From positions 1,380,001-1,412,000 of the forward strand of contig OZ252279.1 of assembly GCA_965250005.1 (NCBI GenBank): 32,000 nucleotides of DNA. The letters are read 5' to 3'. Below are positions 18,111-28,025 of this stretch, one piece after another. Under the pieces are notes generated by a model. It had not been told where the DNA came from. It worked only from the letters and a program-made list of their open reading frames with translations, and made no database searches. Both the position numbers and the translations under genes were made by a program. Each line of letters starts with the position of its first letter. Within the stretch, counting starts at the first letter, position 1. This DNA comes from Demequinaceae bacterium. GTDB lineage: Bacteria > Actinomycetota > Actinomycetes > Actinomycetales > Demequinaceae.

Positions 18111-18151
18111 CTCTCCTGAGGGGGAGTCAGTAAGTCTTCAATTCCCCTTGG

Positions 18152-18727
18152 CTAGGCAATCGACTCAGCAGCCTGAATGAGGCCGCCCTTGCCGACTGAT
18201 CCGGGGATTGTCTGCACGTTGCCCTCAGCGTCGATGAGCGCAAGCGCCGGCTGCGACACGACCGAAAAGTTCGACCAAATGCTTCCGTCGGCATCCACGA
18301 TCTGAACGATGTCACTGAGCCCGTGCTGCTCGACGAAGCGCACCATGCCGTCCTGGCCGGACCGCCCTGGAACACCGATCACTTGAACACCTGCGGGGAG
18401 TTCGTCTAGCGCGTCTGCGATTGCGGGAGCCTCGGCATTGCAGATCGGGCACCATGACGCCCAGAACCACAGCAGCGTGGGCGTTCCGAGGATGCTCGCT
18501 CCGTCGAACTCCTCGCCCGACAGGGTTACTGTTCGGAACTGCAGCTGCGCGGGAACTTCGATCGTAGCAGGGTCCGTTGTTCCGTCGTCAGCGGGCTGCA
18601 TCTCGACTACCGGATCCGGCGTGGGATCGTCACCTCCGGACGTGGCGGGTGCTGCGCACCCTGCTAGGACGAGCGCACCCGCTGTGCCAAGAATGGCCAG
18701 CTGGGTCCGCAGGGAAATATTCGACAT
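18152..18727 (-). CDS. Secreted TlpA/ResA-like thioredoxin-fold lipoprotein
   Basis: Lipobox LVLAGCA; redox motif WFWASWCPICNAEAP. Confidence 0.92.
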   Translation of the reverse strand: MSNISLRTQLAILGTAGALVLAGCAAPATSGGDDPTPDPVVEMQPADDGTTDPATIEVPAQLQFRTVTLSGEEFDGASILGTPTLLWFWASWCPICNAEAPAIADALDELPAGVQVIGVPGRSGQDGMVRFVEQHGLSDIVQIVDADGSIWSNFSVVSQPALALIDAEGNVQTIPGSVGKGGLIQAAESIA

Positions 18728-18848
18728 AGTTTGCTCCTCTCAGTTTGACCAACGTGTCAGGCACATCCAGCATTCCCTGGCTATAGCCTCTGGGTGATTC
18801 GCTGCGACAGCGCTCCCGGATTGGTTTCTGCAGGCCCGGAACTGGTCG

Positions 18849-20216
18849 CTACAGGTCCGGCGCCATATCCGCAAAGTGCGCGTAGTCCTTCTTGAACGCG
18901 ACAGCAATGGTGTCGGTGGGGCCTGATCGGTGCTTGGCAATGATGAAGTCCGCTTCGCCGGGGCGCGCGTCACGGTCGTAGGCGTCCTCGCGGTGCATCA
19001 GGATCACGATGTCCGCGTCCTGCTCGATTGAGCCAGACTCGCGCATGTCAGAAAGCATGGGTCGCTTGTCACCGCGCTGCTCAGGGCCACGGTTCAACTG
19101 GGAGATGGCGATGACTGGCACGCCGATTTCCTTGGCGAGTAACTTGAGAGCGCGCGAAAATTCCGAAACCTCTTGCTGGCGCGACTCGACTTTGCGGCCG
19201 GAGGACATCAGTTGCAGGTAGTCGACCACGACGAGGCCGAGACCCTCTCGCTGTTTGAGCCTGCGGCACTTGGCGCGGATCTCCATGAGCGACATGTTGG
19301 GTGAATCGTCGATAAACAGCGGTGCCTTTGATACGCGCGCCGCCGTCCTGGCGAGCTTTTCCCAGTCGTTTGGACCCATGGGCCCCTTGGTCATCCGCGT
19401 CAACTTCACTCCGGACTCGGCCGAGAGCATGCGCTTGGTGATCTCCTCCCTGCTCATTTCGAGCGAAAAGATTACCGAGGCCTTGCCTGCGTTGATGGAC
19501 GCGGCACGACAAATGTCCAGGCCGAGCGTGGACTTGCCGATTGCGGGGCGGGCGGCGATAACTATCATTTGGCCGGCCTGAAAGCCGCCGATCAGTTCGT
19601 CGAGCTCGCGGAATCCCGTGGGGATTCCAAGCATGCTGCCGTCGTGGGCAGATGCGGCCTCCACCTCGCTTAGGGTGCGCTCCATAACGTCACCGATGGG
19701 CAGGTAGTCCTCGGAGTTCCGGCTCTCGGTGACCGCGAACACCTCCGATTGTGCTGTGTCGACAATGACGTCAACCTCGTCGCCGTCAGCTCCGTAGGCC
19801 ATGTTCGAGATGCGGGTACCTGCCGCAACCAGTCTGCGCAGGATCGCCTGCTCGTGGACGAGCCGCGCGTAGTAGCCAGCGGAAGCGGCCGAAGGCACAG
19901 ACGAGATGAGCTCGTGGATGTACTCAGCGCCGCCAATCCGGCCGATGTTTCCGTCGCCCTGCAATTCTGCGGCAACCGTGACCGCATCGACGGGGTCACC
20001 GGAGTTATAGAGCCTAACCGCGGCTTCAAAAATTGTTTCGTGCGTGGGTTTGTAGAAATCCGAGCCGCGCACTACCTCGATCACGTCTGCCATGGCGTCC
20101 TTGGACAGCATCATGGCTCCGAGCACACTCTGCTCTGCCTCGAGGTTCTGAGGCGGAGTGCGATCGAAACTGCCGCGGGCCGCACCGTAGTTCGCTTCAA
20201 GTTCTCCTACGGTCAC
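18849..20216 (-). CDS. dnaB: Replicative DNA helicase DnaB
   Basis: 455 aa: PPQNLEAEQSVLGAMM, ARPAIGKSTLGLDICR, VVVDYLQLM, KHRSGPTDTIAVAFKKDYAHF. Intein-free. Confidence 0.98.
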   Translation of the reverse strand: MTVGELEANYGAARGSFDRTPPQNLEAEQSVLGAMMLSKDAMADVIEVVRGSDFYKPTHETIFEAAVRLYNSGDPVDAVTVAAELQGDGNIGRIGGAEYIHELISSVPSAASAGYYARLVHEQAILRRLVAAGTRISNMAYGADGDEVDVIVDTAQSEVFAVTESRNSEDYLPIGDVMERTLSEVEAASAHDGSMLGIPTGFRELDELIGGFQAGQMIVIAARPAIGKSTLGLDICRAASINAGKASVIFSLEMSREEITKRMLSAESGVKLTRMTKGPMGPNDWEKLARTAARVSKAPLFIDDSPNMSLMEIRAKCRRLKQREGLGLVVVDYLQLMSSGRKVESRQQEVSEFSRALKLLAKEIGVPVIAISQLNRGPEQRGDKRPMLSDMRESGSIEQDADIVILMHREDAYDRDARPGEADFIIAKHRSGPTDTIAVAFKKDYAHFADMAPDL

Positions 20217-20610
20217 CGCTGGCGCCTCCTGTAATCGTGTCTACGTGTGTTCAAGCGTCTGAGCGTTCCCATGCGCGAGTCTCCTGACAGGCCGTTCTGA
20301 CAGGCTTTCGTGAGGGTCTGACACGCGACGTTAGTGACTGGAAGGTCCTTCGCACAACAGGCCCTGTGGACCACGGGCCACCGACCCGTGGATGGACTGT
20401 GAGTAACCGGCCACAGGGGCGCATGTGACTGTGGATACAAATGTTAGTAAACGCAATTCAATGCGGCCAATCATCCTTATACCAGGGGTGATGCCGCCCC
20501 TGAGGCTGGGGAGAACCCACTTGGAAAACCTGTCGGCGTGTCGGCCATCGGCGTGTCGGCTTTGCGGGCGCGAGTGGGACCGCGCGATCGCGATTCTTAC
20601 CCCTCGCAAC

Positions 20611-20649
20611 GCAGAGAGGCCCGCCTCCCAGGGGGACGGGCCTCTCTGC
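20611..20649 (-). terminator. Hairpin downstream of rplI (minus-strand transcription unit)
   Basis: Perfect 13-bp arms GCAGAGAGGCCCG (20611-20623) and CGGGCCTCTCTGC (20637-20649). Confidence 0.8.
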
Positions 20650-20663
20650 GTGATGTCTGAACT

Positions 20664-21110
20664 CTACGAAACTGCAACCACCTGGACGGTGACTGTCGCG
20701 GAGACCTCGGAATTCAAGGTGACGGTAATCGTGTGGTCCCCAACGTCCTTGATGGGCGCGGAGATGTGTATGCGTCGCTTGTCGACCTTCGCGCGATCGC
20801 CAATGGCGTCGGCGATGTTTGACGCGGTGACAGCACCGAACAGCTTGCCCCCGTCGCCGGCTTTGGCCGCAACAACCACGGGGTTGGACTGGAGCGCGTC
20901 GCGAGCAGCCTGCGCCGCCTCGACCGACTCGATTTCTTGAGCACGACGCGCCTTGCGGAGCGCCTCGATTTGCTTCTCGGCACCTGCGGTCCACTTGTCT
21001 GCAAGCTTGCGGGGAACGAGGTAGTTGCGGGCGAACCCGTCCTTGACCTCGACCACGTCGCCGGCGATTCCCAGCCCTGCGACTTCGTGCGTAAGAATGA
21101 CCTTTGCCAT
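20664..21110 (-). CDS. rplI: 50S ribosomal protein L9
   Basis: MAKVILTHEVAGLGIAGDVVEVKDGFARNYLVPRKLA. Confidence 0.98.
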   Translation of the reverse strand: MAKVILTHEVAGLGIAGDVVEVKDGFARNYLVPRKLADKWTAGAEKQIEALRKARRAQEIESVEAAQAARDALQSNPVVVAAKAGDGGKLFGAVTASNIADAIGDRAKVDKRRIHISAPIKDVGDHTITVTLNSEVSATVTVQVVAVS

Positions 21111-21121
21111 GTCAGCCCCCT

Positions 21122-21358
21122 CTAGCGGCCGGAGCCGGCGTAGGGAAGAAGTGCCATTTCGCGCGCGACCTTGATGGCCTTGGCGATTTGGCGCTGCTCT
21201 TGAACGGTCACTCCCGTGACGCGGCGCGAGCGAATCTTGCCACGGTCGGAGATGAACTTGCGCAGGAGCGCAGTGTCCTTGTAGTCGATGGTCTTGACCT
21301 TCGCCGCCTTGAGCGGGTTGGTCTTCTTTCGTGGTTTGCGTTCTTCTGGCTTAGCCAT
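21122..21358 (-). CDS. rpsR: 30S ribosomal protein S18
   Basis: [53 protein letters not shown]. Confidence 0.98.
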   Translation of the reverse strand: MAKPEERKPRKKTNPLKAAKVKTIDYKDTALLRKFISDRGKIRSRRVTGVTVQEQRQIAKAIKVAREMALLPYAGSGR

Positions 21359-21390
21359 GTCTCGTTACTCCTGAAAGTTTGTTGGTCTGT

Positions 21391-21870
21391 TTAGAACGGG
21401 GGCTCTTCTGAAGCGGGAGCCGTTGCCCACGGGTCGGCGTCTGAGCCACCGGCAGGTGCGCCGGCGCCCTGCGACGAGCCACCCTGGCCTCCACCGGGAT
21501 TTCCGCTGCGCTGCGTGCGCTGCACCTTGGCGGTTGCGTACCGCAACGACGGTCCCACCTCGTCAACCTGAATCTCGTTGACCGTCCGCTTCTCTCCATT
21601 GTTCTCCCACGAACGCGACACCAGGCGGCCCGTGACAACCACGCGCATGCCTTTAGTGAGCGACTCAGCAACGTTCTCAGCTGCCTCGCGCCACAACGAG
21701 CAACGGAGGAACAGTGTTTCGCCGTCCTTCCACTCGTTGGAGTTGCGGTCGAAAGAACGCGGAGTGGAAGCAACAGTGAAATTGACCACCGCGGCGCCCG
21801 ATTGGATGAATCGCAGTTCAGGGTCTGCCGTGAGGTTGCCCACGATCGTGACTTGCGTGTCGCCTGCCAT
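21391..21870 (-). CDS. ssb: Single-stranded DNA-binding protein
   Basis: [38 protein letters not shown] and acidic C-terminus EEPPF. Confidence 0.98.
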   Translation of the reverse strand: MAGDTQVTIVGNLTADPELRFIQSGAAVVNFTVASTPRSFDRNSNEWKDGETLFLRCSLWREAAENVAESLTKGMRVVVTGRLVSRSWENNGEKRTVNEIQVDEVGPSLRYATAKVQRTQRSGNPGGGQGGSSQGAGAPAGGSDADPWATAPASEEPPF

Positions 21871-21892
21871 GATTTCTGCCTTCCTGCCGGGC

Positions 21893-22183
21893 CTAGGAGG
21901 CGTCCGGGCGGATGAGCTTGGTGCGTAGCACCACGTCGTTGAGGCTGAGCTGACGCTCGAGCTCTTTGGCCGTGGCGGACAGCGCGGTGAAGTTCACAAC
22001 AGCGTAGATTCCATCAACCTTCTTGGCGATGGGATATGCGAGACGACGCCGGCCCCAAATGTCGACCTTGTCGACGGTGCCTTTATTCTCCGTGACCACG
22101 CTGAGATACTTGTCAAGCGACGGCTGAACCGTACGTTCGTCGACCTCCGGGTCGAGAATGACCATCATTTCATACTGGCGCAT
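21893..22183 (-). CDS. rpsF: 30S ribosomal protein S6
   Basis: [23 protein letters not shown]...[22 protein letters not shown]; start ATG at 22181-22183 with AGGAGG upstream (track start 22261 is an extension). Confidence 0.97.
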   Translation of the reverse strand: MRQYEMMVILDPEVDERTVQPSLDKYLSVVTENKGTVDKVDIWGRRRLAYPIAKKVDGIYAVVNFTALSATAKELERQLSLNDVVLRTKLIRPDAS

Positions 22184-22194
22184 GTGTATACCCA

Positions 22195-22237
22195 CCTCCT
22201 CTGGACTAAACGGCCACGGACGTTCCGTGGCAGGAGG
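22195..22237 (-). promoter_or_regulatory. Candidate rpsF-operon leader structure (possible S6:S18-binding motif)
   Basis: Transcript-sense CCTCCT-GCCACGGA-ACG-TCCGTGGC-CGTTTAGTCCAG-AGGAGG: perfect 8-bp hairpin, CCG immediately 3' of it, outer CCTCCT able to pair with the AGGAGG Shine-Dalgarno. Confidence 0.5.
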
Positions 22238-22342
22238 GCAATGCATGCCTGTGTCCCACACTCAATACGGCGCGGGCAACCGGACAAGGGTACCGTGCGT
22301 GGGCGATAGGGGGAAACGGGTGGCCGCCGATACGCTCAAGGG

Positions 22343-23398
22343 GTGAATCCTCCTGCTCATGATCTCCGGATCGAAACCATCGACGACGAGGCGTTCGTCG
22401 GCCACGTACACGCCTCCGGCCAATCCGTTCCGATCGAGCAGGCGCCCGTCTGGGATGCGTACGACGCCGCTGTCTCCGTGCGTACACCTTGGCGTCGTCT
22501 AGTCGCCCGGGATGCCGCAGCCGACGCCGGCGCCGCGCCAATCGCCGTCATCGCTCTCACAAAGTATGAGGGGCACGGGTTCGAGTTCCTGTGGGCCAAG
22601 CACGGCCCAGTCTGGCTTACCGAGCCGTCGGCCGCGCTCGAGAAACTCGCTCACCGCGCGCTCTCAGCGTACGTCGAAGCCGAGGCCCCCGAGGCCGTGT
22701 TCGTGCGCCTGCACGCTCGCCACCAAGCTGGCCACCTGAGTCCACTTCTGCAAACTGTTACCTACGACCGCACCGTCGTCATTGACCTCGCTCCGGACGC
22801 CGACTCGTACCTCGCGGGGCTGGCCAAAAAGTTCCGCTACACCGTGCGGCAGGCCCTCAAACACGAGGCCGTAGCGGTCACCGACGAGTCAACAATGACC
22901 ACGGAGCAGTTCGGCGAACTCTACGCGATCTACCTGGAAACCGCGGATCGGGACGGCTTCGGAATCTACAGCGCGGACGCGTACTTTGAGATGATCCAGA
23001 CGCTTGCGCCCCACGCGCGGGTCTTCGTGGCTCGGCGCACCGACACGGGAGACGACGGCGCAGAGCCCGGACGCGCGACGGCCTGGGCAATCATCACGCT
23101 CTACGACGGTCACGCCCAGTACTACTACGCCGCCGGGAACGCAGAAGCTCGCGCAACCGACGCAACAGTCCGGCTGCTATGGGACGCTCTCGCGCAACTG
23201 CGCAGCGAAGGCGCTCGCACATTCGACATGATGGGCGTAGATTCGCCTCTCGCACCGACGCTCGCGGGGGTGGGACTTTTCAAACGCAAGTGGGGTGCAG
23301 AGTCCGCCGTGGATTCTAGTTGGGATCTGCCCATCAAACGCGCAAAGTACCGAGGGCTGCGAATCGCGCTGCGCCTCAAAAAACTGTTCGGCCGCTAG
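22343..23398 (+). CDS. FemAB/FemX-like aminoacyl (peptidyl) transferase with GNAT-type fold
   Basis: 351 aa: DRTVVIDLAPDADSYLAGLAKKFRYTVRQALK, YYYAAGNAEARATDATVRLLWDALAQLRSEGARTFDMMGV, VGLFKRKWG. Confidence 0.88.
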   Translation: MNPPAHDLRIETIDDEAFVGHVHASGQSVPIEQAPVWDAYDAAVSVRTPWRRLVARDAAADAGAAPIAVIALTKYEGHGFEFLWAKHGPVWLTEPSAALEKLAHRALSAYVEAEAPEAVFVRLHARHQAGHLSPLLQTVTYDRTVVIDLAPDADSYLAGLAKKFRYTVRQALKHEAVAVTDESTMTTEQFGELYAIYLETADRDGFGIYSADAYFEMIQTLAPHARVFVARRTDTGDDGAEPGRATAWAIITLYDGHAQYYYAAGNAEARATDATVRLLWDALAQLRSEGARTFDMMGVDSPLAPTLAGVGLFKRKWGAESAVDSSWDLPIKRAKYRGLRIALRLKKLFGR

Positions 23399-25665
23399 GG
23401 AGCTCCCGGCGACACGGACAGTTCGGGCTCCGGGACGAACGTCGCGCTCGGCGTCGGCCCTTCGGTGGGCGCGGGCAAGGCACTTGGCGACGCGCTTGGC
23501 GTTGGGCTTGGCGTCACGACAGGTTCGGGGCTGGGGGACGGCGAGGGCTCGGGGGACGGCTCAACCACTTCTCCGATGAACGAGCGCGCCGGGAATGCCT
23601 CAACCGGCATCCCCTCAAACACTTCGGCCATCATCGTGGTCCACAATCTGACGGGAACGGTCCCGCCCGTCACCTCACGGAAGCCACCGAATGGCGTGAT
23701 TGATTCGGCCGAGCCATCGTCGCCCACTTGGTAGAGCGCGACCGCGCCAACGATTTGCGGCGTGAACCCCACGAACCACGCGGACTTGTCACCGTTGGAC
23801 GTCCCCGTCTTGCCCGCGATGGGACGGTCGAGCCGACTGGCGTATACGCCGGAGCCGCGAAGCACCACCTGCTGCATCGCGTAGGTGGTCTCCACCATAA
23901 CGTTAGACGCGAATACGCGGTCACGCGTGCCTTCGTGCTCGTACTGAATACTGCCGTCCGACCGATAAACGGCCGAGACGAGGTAGGGCTCGGTAGCGAC
24001 GCCGCCCTCGGCAAACGTCGCGAATGCCGACGCCATATCGATCGGGTGGGGAGAGGCGGTGCCCAGGACGTTCGAGGGGTTTGCCTCGAGGCCGAGGGTG
24101 GCCTCGGGTAGTCCGGCCCTTTTGGCGACCTCGAGAACTTTCTCGGGTCCGACGTCGCGCGCCACTTGCACATAGACGTTGTTGACGGAGAATGCGGTCG
24201 CGTCGATCAGATTAATGTTGCCGTAGTCGACGTTGCGAAAGTTCGCCACGGGGGTGTCGAATCCTTCGATGCGCTGACCGGAGTCGCCGTTGTAGATCTG
24301 CTCGAGCGCCATGCCCGACTCGAGCGCGGCAATCAGTCCAAAGGGCTTGAATGTCGAGCCAGCCTGCGCGACGTCTTGGGTTACGGCGTTCCGCTGGATC
24401 GTCAAGTAGTCGGCCCCGCCGTACATCGCGGAGATGGCGCCGTTCTCGGGGTTGATGGTCACAATCGCCGCACGAAGGTTGGGGCTGTGGTCCGAGGCAA
24501 TTGACGCAGCCGCGTTGACCGCCGCGCGCTGAGTGCGCTGGTCGATCGTGGTGACAATGCTGTAGCCCTGCGACTCGATCTCCTCGATGCTGAGCCCCGT
24601 GCGTTCAGAGACCTCTTCGAGGGCTGCGCGCAAGATGTACCCGTCCGGGCCGCCATAGACGTTCTCGTTGCGGTATTCGATCACAGCGGGGAAGTCGAGC
24701 CGCAGTCGTTCGGCTGGAGTGAGCCAGCCACCCTCGACCATCCCGTCCAGCACGTAGTTCCAGCGAAACTCCGCCTGATCAGGGTCAAGGCGTGGGTCCC
24801 AGGCGCTCGGGGCGGGAACAATTCCCGCGAGCAGGGCTGCCTCCGCCACGGTGAGCGATTTCGCGGGATGGCCAAAGTACTCGCGAGACGCCGCCTGGAT
24901 CCCATACGCACCGCGACCAAAGTAGATGGTGTTCATGTAGTTCTCGAGGATTTCGGTCTTATCCTCCTGCTGGTCGATCTTCAGCGCCAGCAGGGCCTCC
25001 TCAATCTTGCCGGGAATATCTGTGGTGGTCTCGCCCACGTAGTAGCGCTCCACGTACTGCTGCGTGATTGTCGAGCCACCCTGACGGTCTCCCTGCACGA
25101 TGGTCTTGAACATCGCCCGGGCCGTTCCCATAATGTCGATTCCCGGATTCGAATAGAACGTGCGATCCTCAGCGGCGACGATCGCGTGGCCAACGTACTC
25201 GGGAAGGTCGCTGATGGAGACAACCTCCCTGTTCACAACGCCCAGCCTGCCGATCACGGAGATGCCGTCTGCGTAGTAGATCGTGGAGGCCTCGGCCTGC
25301 GCGAAGTCCGCAGCCGTTGGGACGGGAAGCCGCTGGTAGTAGATCGCGAGGCCCGCGAACGCGATCGTGGCAAGAATGAACGTCCCGGTGAAGCCCCACG
25401 CGAGGGCCGTGCGCAGCCAACGCTGCCAGCGGGGGCGGACCGGTGCGTTGGTGCGCGCAAGGCGCTGGGTCGTGGTGCCCTGGCGCCTGGTACCCGTTCT
25501 TTGTGCGCCGGCCCCGTGTCTTTTCGCCTTCTGCGTTGCGCTCTTGCGCGTCCCCGCGAGAGGTGGGGGCTTGACGAACCTATTCTGGCTCGTTGCCGAT
25601 GGAGAGCGCTGCCGCTGCGACCGCGTGCTCTGCCGCCTGGGTGGCTTGCGCCCGCTGGTGCTCAT
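23395..25665 (-). CDS. Class A penicillin-binding protein (transglycosylase/transpeptidase)
   Basis: 756 aa: VAAEDRTFYSNPGIDIMGTARAMFKTI, QGGSTITQQYVERYY, AGSTFKPFGLIAALE, SVNNVYVQVA, GKTGTSNGDKSAWFVGFTP; Pro/Ser-rich tail. Confidence 0.97.
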   Translation of the reverse strand: MSTSGRKPPRRQSTRSQRQRSPSATSQNRFVKPPPLAGTRKSATQKAKRHGAGAQRTGTRRQGTTTQRLARTNAPVRPRWQRWLRTALAWGFTGTFILATIAFAGLAIYYQRLPVPTAADFAQAEASTIYYADGISVIGRLGVVNREVVSISDLPEYVGHAIVAAEDRTFYSNPGIDIMGTARAMFKTIVQGDRQGGSTITQQYVERYYVGETTTDIPGKIEEALLALKIDQQEDKTEILENYMNTIYFGRGAYGIQAASREYFGHPAKSLTVAEAALLAGIVPAPSAWDPRLDPDQAEFRWNYVLDGMVEGGWLTPAERLRLDFPAVIEYRNENVYGGPDGYILRAALEEVSERTGLSIEEIESQGYSIVTTIDQRTQRAAVNAAASIASDHSPNLRAAIVTINPENGAISAMYGGADYLTIQRNAVTQDVAQAGSTFKPFGLIAALESGMALEQIYNGDSGQRIEGFDTPVANFRNVDYGNINLIDATAFSVNNVYVQVARDVGPEKVLEVAKRAGLPEATLGLEANPSNVLGTASPHPIDMASAFATFAEGGVATEPYLVSAVYRSDGSIQYEHEGTRDRVFASNVMVETTYAMQQVVLRGSGVYASRLDRPIAGKTGTSNGDKSAWFVGFTPQIVGAVALYQVGDDGSAESITPFGGFREVTGGTVPVRLWTTMMAEVFEGMPVEAFPARSFIGEVVEPSPEPSPSPSPEPVVTPSPTPSASPSALPAPTEGPTPSATFVPEPELSVSPGAP

Positions 25666-25725
25666 CCGTCAATCCTAGAAAGGGTCGCTGCTCGCGCCCT
25701 TGAGGCGCACGGCACGACCACCTCG

Positions 25726-26034
25726 CTAGAGGGCAAACACTGCGGCGATTGCGCCCCAGCCGATGCCCAGGGCGATGAAGCCAAGTAACGACCACTTCCA
25801 CCACGGGTGAATGTCGGCCGTGATTCCGCCGTTGATTGCGCGCGCCTCCGGCTCCGAAACCTCGGCAACCGTCCAGCCCGCCTCCGTCCACTGGGCGTGG
25901 TGGAATCTGCGCCCCCAAGCCACAGTCAACACGAAGAAGATGTGCACATATGTGTAGGCCACTACGACGCGCTGCCGCTCGTCGACGACGAAGTCCTTGG
26001 TCTTGCTTCCCCAGCCAAAGAAGAGCATGTTCAC
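25726..26034 (-). CDS. Small hypothetical membrane protein
   Basis: 102 aa, two hydrophobic segments. Confidence 0.75.
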   Translation of the reverse strand: MNMLFFGWGSKTKDFVVDERQRVVVAYTYVHIFFVLTVAWGRRFHHAQWTEAGWTVAEVSEPEARAINGGITADIHPWWKWSLLGFIALGIGWGAIAAVFAL

Positions 26035-26153
26035 CGCTCATATCGTGGGCGCGTCGGCCCTAGTCAGCTGAGCCTAGCGGCCCACGCCCTGTCGCGCCCG
26101 TTGAAGCCCGGCACGAACACCAATCCCTCAAAGAGCCCAATAGACATTTTCGA

Positions 26154-26170
26154 TGTATCGGTTCGATACA
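26154..26170. promoter_or_regulatory. Candidate PadR operator: perfect inverted repeat upstream of the padR-ino1 unit
   Basis: TGTATCG-GTT-CGATACA, about 60 bp upstream of the PadR start. Confidence 0.55.
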
Positions 26171-26231
26171 ACTTTCTGTTACGGTTCTTGGGTGCGGCAA
26201 CCGCCGCTTCAGGACCGCAGAGGAGTCAAAT

Positions 26232-26813
26232 ATGTCAAAGGGAGACGTGCTCACGCTCGCCATCCTTGGCATTCTCGAAGACAACCCTCTGCACGGCTAC
26301 CAGATTCGCAAACGGCTCGGCATCGAACTCGGTGCCTTCCGCGCCCTCAGTTACGGATCGCTCTACCCCGCCCTCAAGCGGATGCTGGCCAATGGCCTGC
26401 TCGCCGCGGACGGGGAAGACGATTCGGCGAAGGGCTCGCGCCGTTCGCGAATCTCGTACCACCTTACGGATGCCGGGATTGCTCAACTCAAGGAAGAACT
26501 CGCCAACGTCGGTGCGTCCTCCTGGGACGACAGCTCGTTCGACGTGCGGTTCTCGATGTTCAACCGCACAGATTCAGAGACACGCCTGCGGGTGCTCGAA
26601 GGGCGCCGCGCGCGCGTCTCCGAGCGCCTGGAAGAGGTAGCCGACAACCTCAAGCGTGTGCGCGAGCGCCACGATGCATACACCGAGGAACTTCAGCGCC
26701 ACGGTCTCGAGACCGTTGAGCGTGAGGTCGAATGGCTCGACCGCCTGATTGAAGAAGAACGATCCGCCGCTGGCGGTAACACCAACGGATCCGCAGCAGC
26801 GGGTAATAACTAA
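26232..26813 (+). CDS. PadR family transcriptional regulator
   Basis: 193 aa: [29 protein letters not shown]...[22 protein letters not shown]. Confidence 0.93.
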   Translation: MSKGDVLTLAILGILEDNPLHGYQIRKRLGIELGAFRALSYGSLYPALKRMLANGLLAADGEDDSAKGSRRSRISYHLTDAGIAQLKEELANVGASSWDDSSFDVRFSMFNRTDSETRLRVLEGRRARVSERLEEVADNLKRVRERHDAYTEELQRHGLETVEREVEWLDRLIEEERSAAGGNTNGSAAAGNN

Positions 26814-26823
26814 GGAGATAATC

Positions 26824-27903
26824 ATGGCTAGCCTCAAGGTCGCCATTGTCGGCGTAGGAAACTGCGCCACCTCGCTCATCCAGGGCGTTGAGTTCTACAA
26901 GGACGCCAAGCCCGAGGACACCGTCCCCGGCCTTATGCACGTCCAGTTCGGCGATTACCACATCTCGGACATCGAGTTCGTGGCCGCCTTCGACGTTGAC
27001 GCCAAGAAAGTTGGCAAGGAGCTCATCGAAGCCACCGAGGCCTCGGAGAACAACACCGTCAAGATCTCCGACGTCCCCAAGACCAACGTCACGGTTGAGC
27101 GCGGGCACACCCTCGACGGTCTCGGCAAGTACTACCGCGAGACCATCACCGAGTCCGAAGCCGCCCCAGTCGACATCGTCGCCCGCATCAAGGAGGTGGG
27201 CGCCGATGTACTCGTCTGCTACCTCCCGGTGGGCTCGGAAGATGCGGCCAAGTACTACGCGCAGTGCGCAATCGACGCCAAGGTGGCGTTCGTGAACGCG
27301 CTGCCCGTGTTCATCGCCTCTGACCCGGTCTGGGCCAAGAAGTTCGAGGACGCTGGCGTGCCGATCGTCGGCGACGACATCAAATCCCAGGTGGGTGCCA
27401 CCATCACGCATCGCGTGATGGCGAAGCTCTTCGAAGACCGTGGCGTCATCCTTGACCGCACTTACCAGCTCAACGTTGGCGGAAACATGGACTTCAAGAA
27501 CATGCTTGAGCGCGACCGCCTCGAGTCCAAGAAGATCTCGAAGACCAATGCCGTGACCTCCAACCTGGGTCACGACATGGGCGAGAAGAACGTCCACATT
27601 GGTCCGTCGGACTACATCCCGTGGCTCGACGACCGCAAGTGGGCATATGTGCGCCTCGAGGGTCGCGCGTTCGGCGAGGTGCCCCTGAACCTGGAGTACA
27701 AGCTCGAGGTCTGGGACTCCCCCAACTCGGCCGGCATCATCATCGACGCCGTCCGTGCTGCCAAGATCGCGTCCGACCGTGGCGTCGGTGGCCCCATCAC
27801 GTCCCCCGCGTCGTACTTCATGAAGACGCCCCCGATTCAGGTCGAGGACACGCAAGCACGCAAGAACGTCGAGGCGTTCATCGCGGGCAACCTCGAGCGC
27901 TAG
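26824..27903 (+). CDS. ino1: Inositol-3-phosphate synthase
   Basis: [64 protein letters not shown]...[13 protein letters not shown]. Confidence 0.97.
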   Translation: MASLKVAIVGVGNCATSLIQGVEFYKDAKPEDTVPGLMHVQFGDYHISDIEFVAAFDVDAKKVGKELIEATEASENNTVKISDVPKTNVTVERGHTLDGLGKYYRETITESEAAPVDIVARIKEVGADVLVCYLPVGSEDAAKYYAQCAIDAKVAFVNALPVFIASDPVWAKKFEDAGVPIVGDDIKSQVGATITHRVMAKLFEDRGVILDRTYQLNVGGNMDFKNMLERDRLESKKISKTNAVTSNLGHDMGEKNVHIGPSDYIPWLDDRKWAYVRLEGRAFGEVPLNLEYKLEVWDSPNSAGIIIDAVRAAKIASDRGVGGPITSPASYFMKTPPIQVEDTQARKNVEAFIAGNLER

Positions 27904-27928
27904 GTAGTTCCTGCAACACACTGGCAGA

Positions 27929-27964
27929 CGCAAAGGCCGGGCCCCGCGGGGCCCGGCCTTTGCG
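27929..27964 (+). terminator. Strong hairpin terminator after ino1
   Basis: Perfect 17-bp stem CGCAAAGGCCGGGCCCC-GC-GGGGCCCGGCCTTTGCG. Confidence 0.88.
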
Positions 27965-28025
27965 TTCCTACGCCCGCCGACGGCACCACCCTGCACATGC
28001 GACTTCTACCCGCTAGCCTGATCGT

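Noticed and set aside
18849-20216. Possible intein in DnaB
   Set aside because: Walker A and downstream helicase motifs are contiguous in a normal-length 455-aa protein; no intein insertion.
24868-25788. 306-aa plus-strand ORF opposite the PBP gene
   Set aside because: Antisense shadow of the class A PBP; no recognisable domain.
26650-27996. 448-aa minus-strand ORF opposite ino1
   Set aside because: Shadow ORF of the highly conserved ino1 gene; composition is that of an antisense frame in high-GC DNA.
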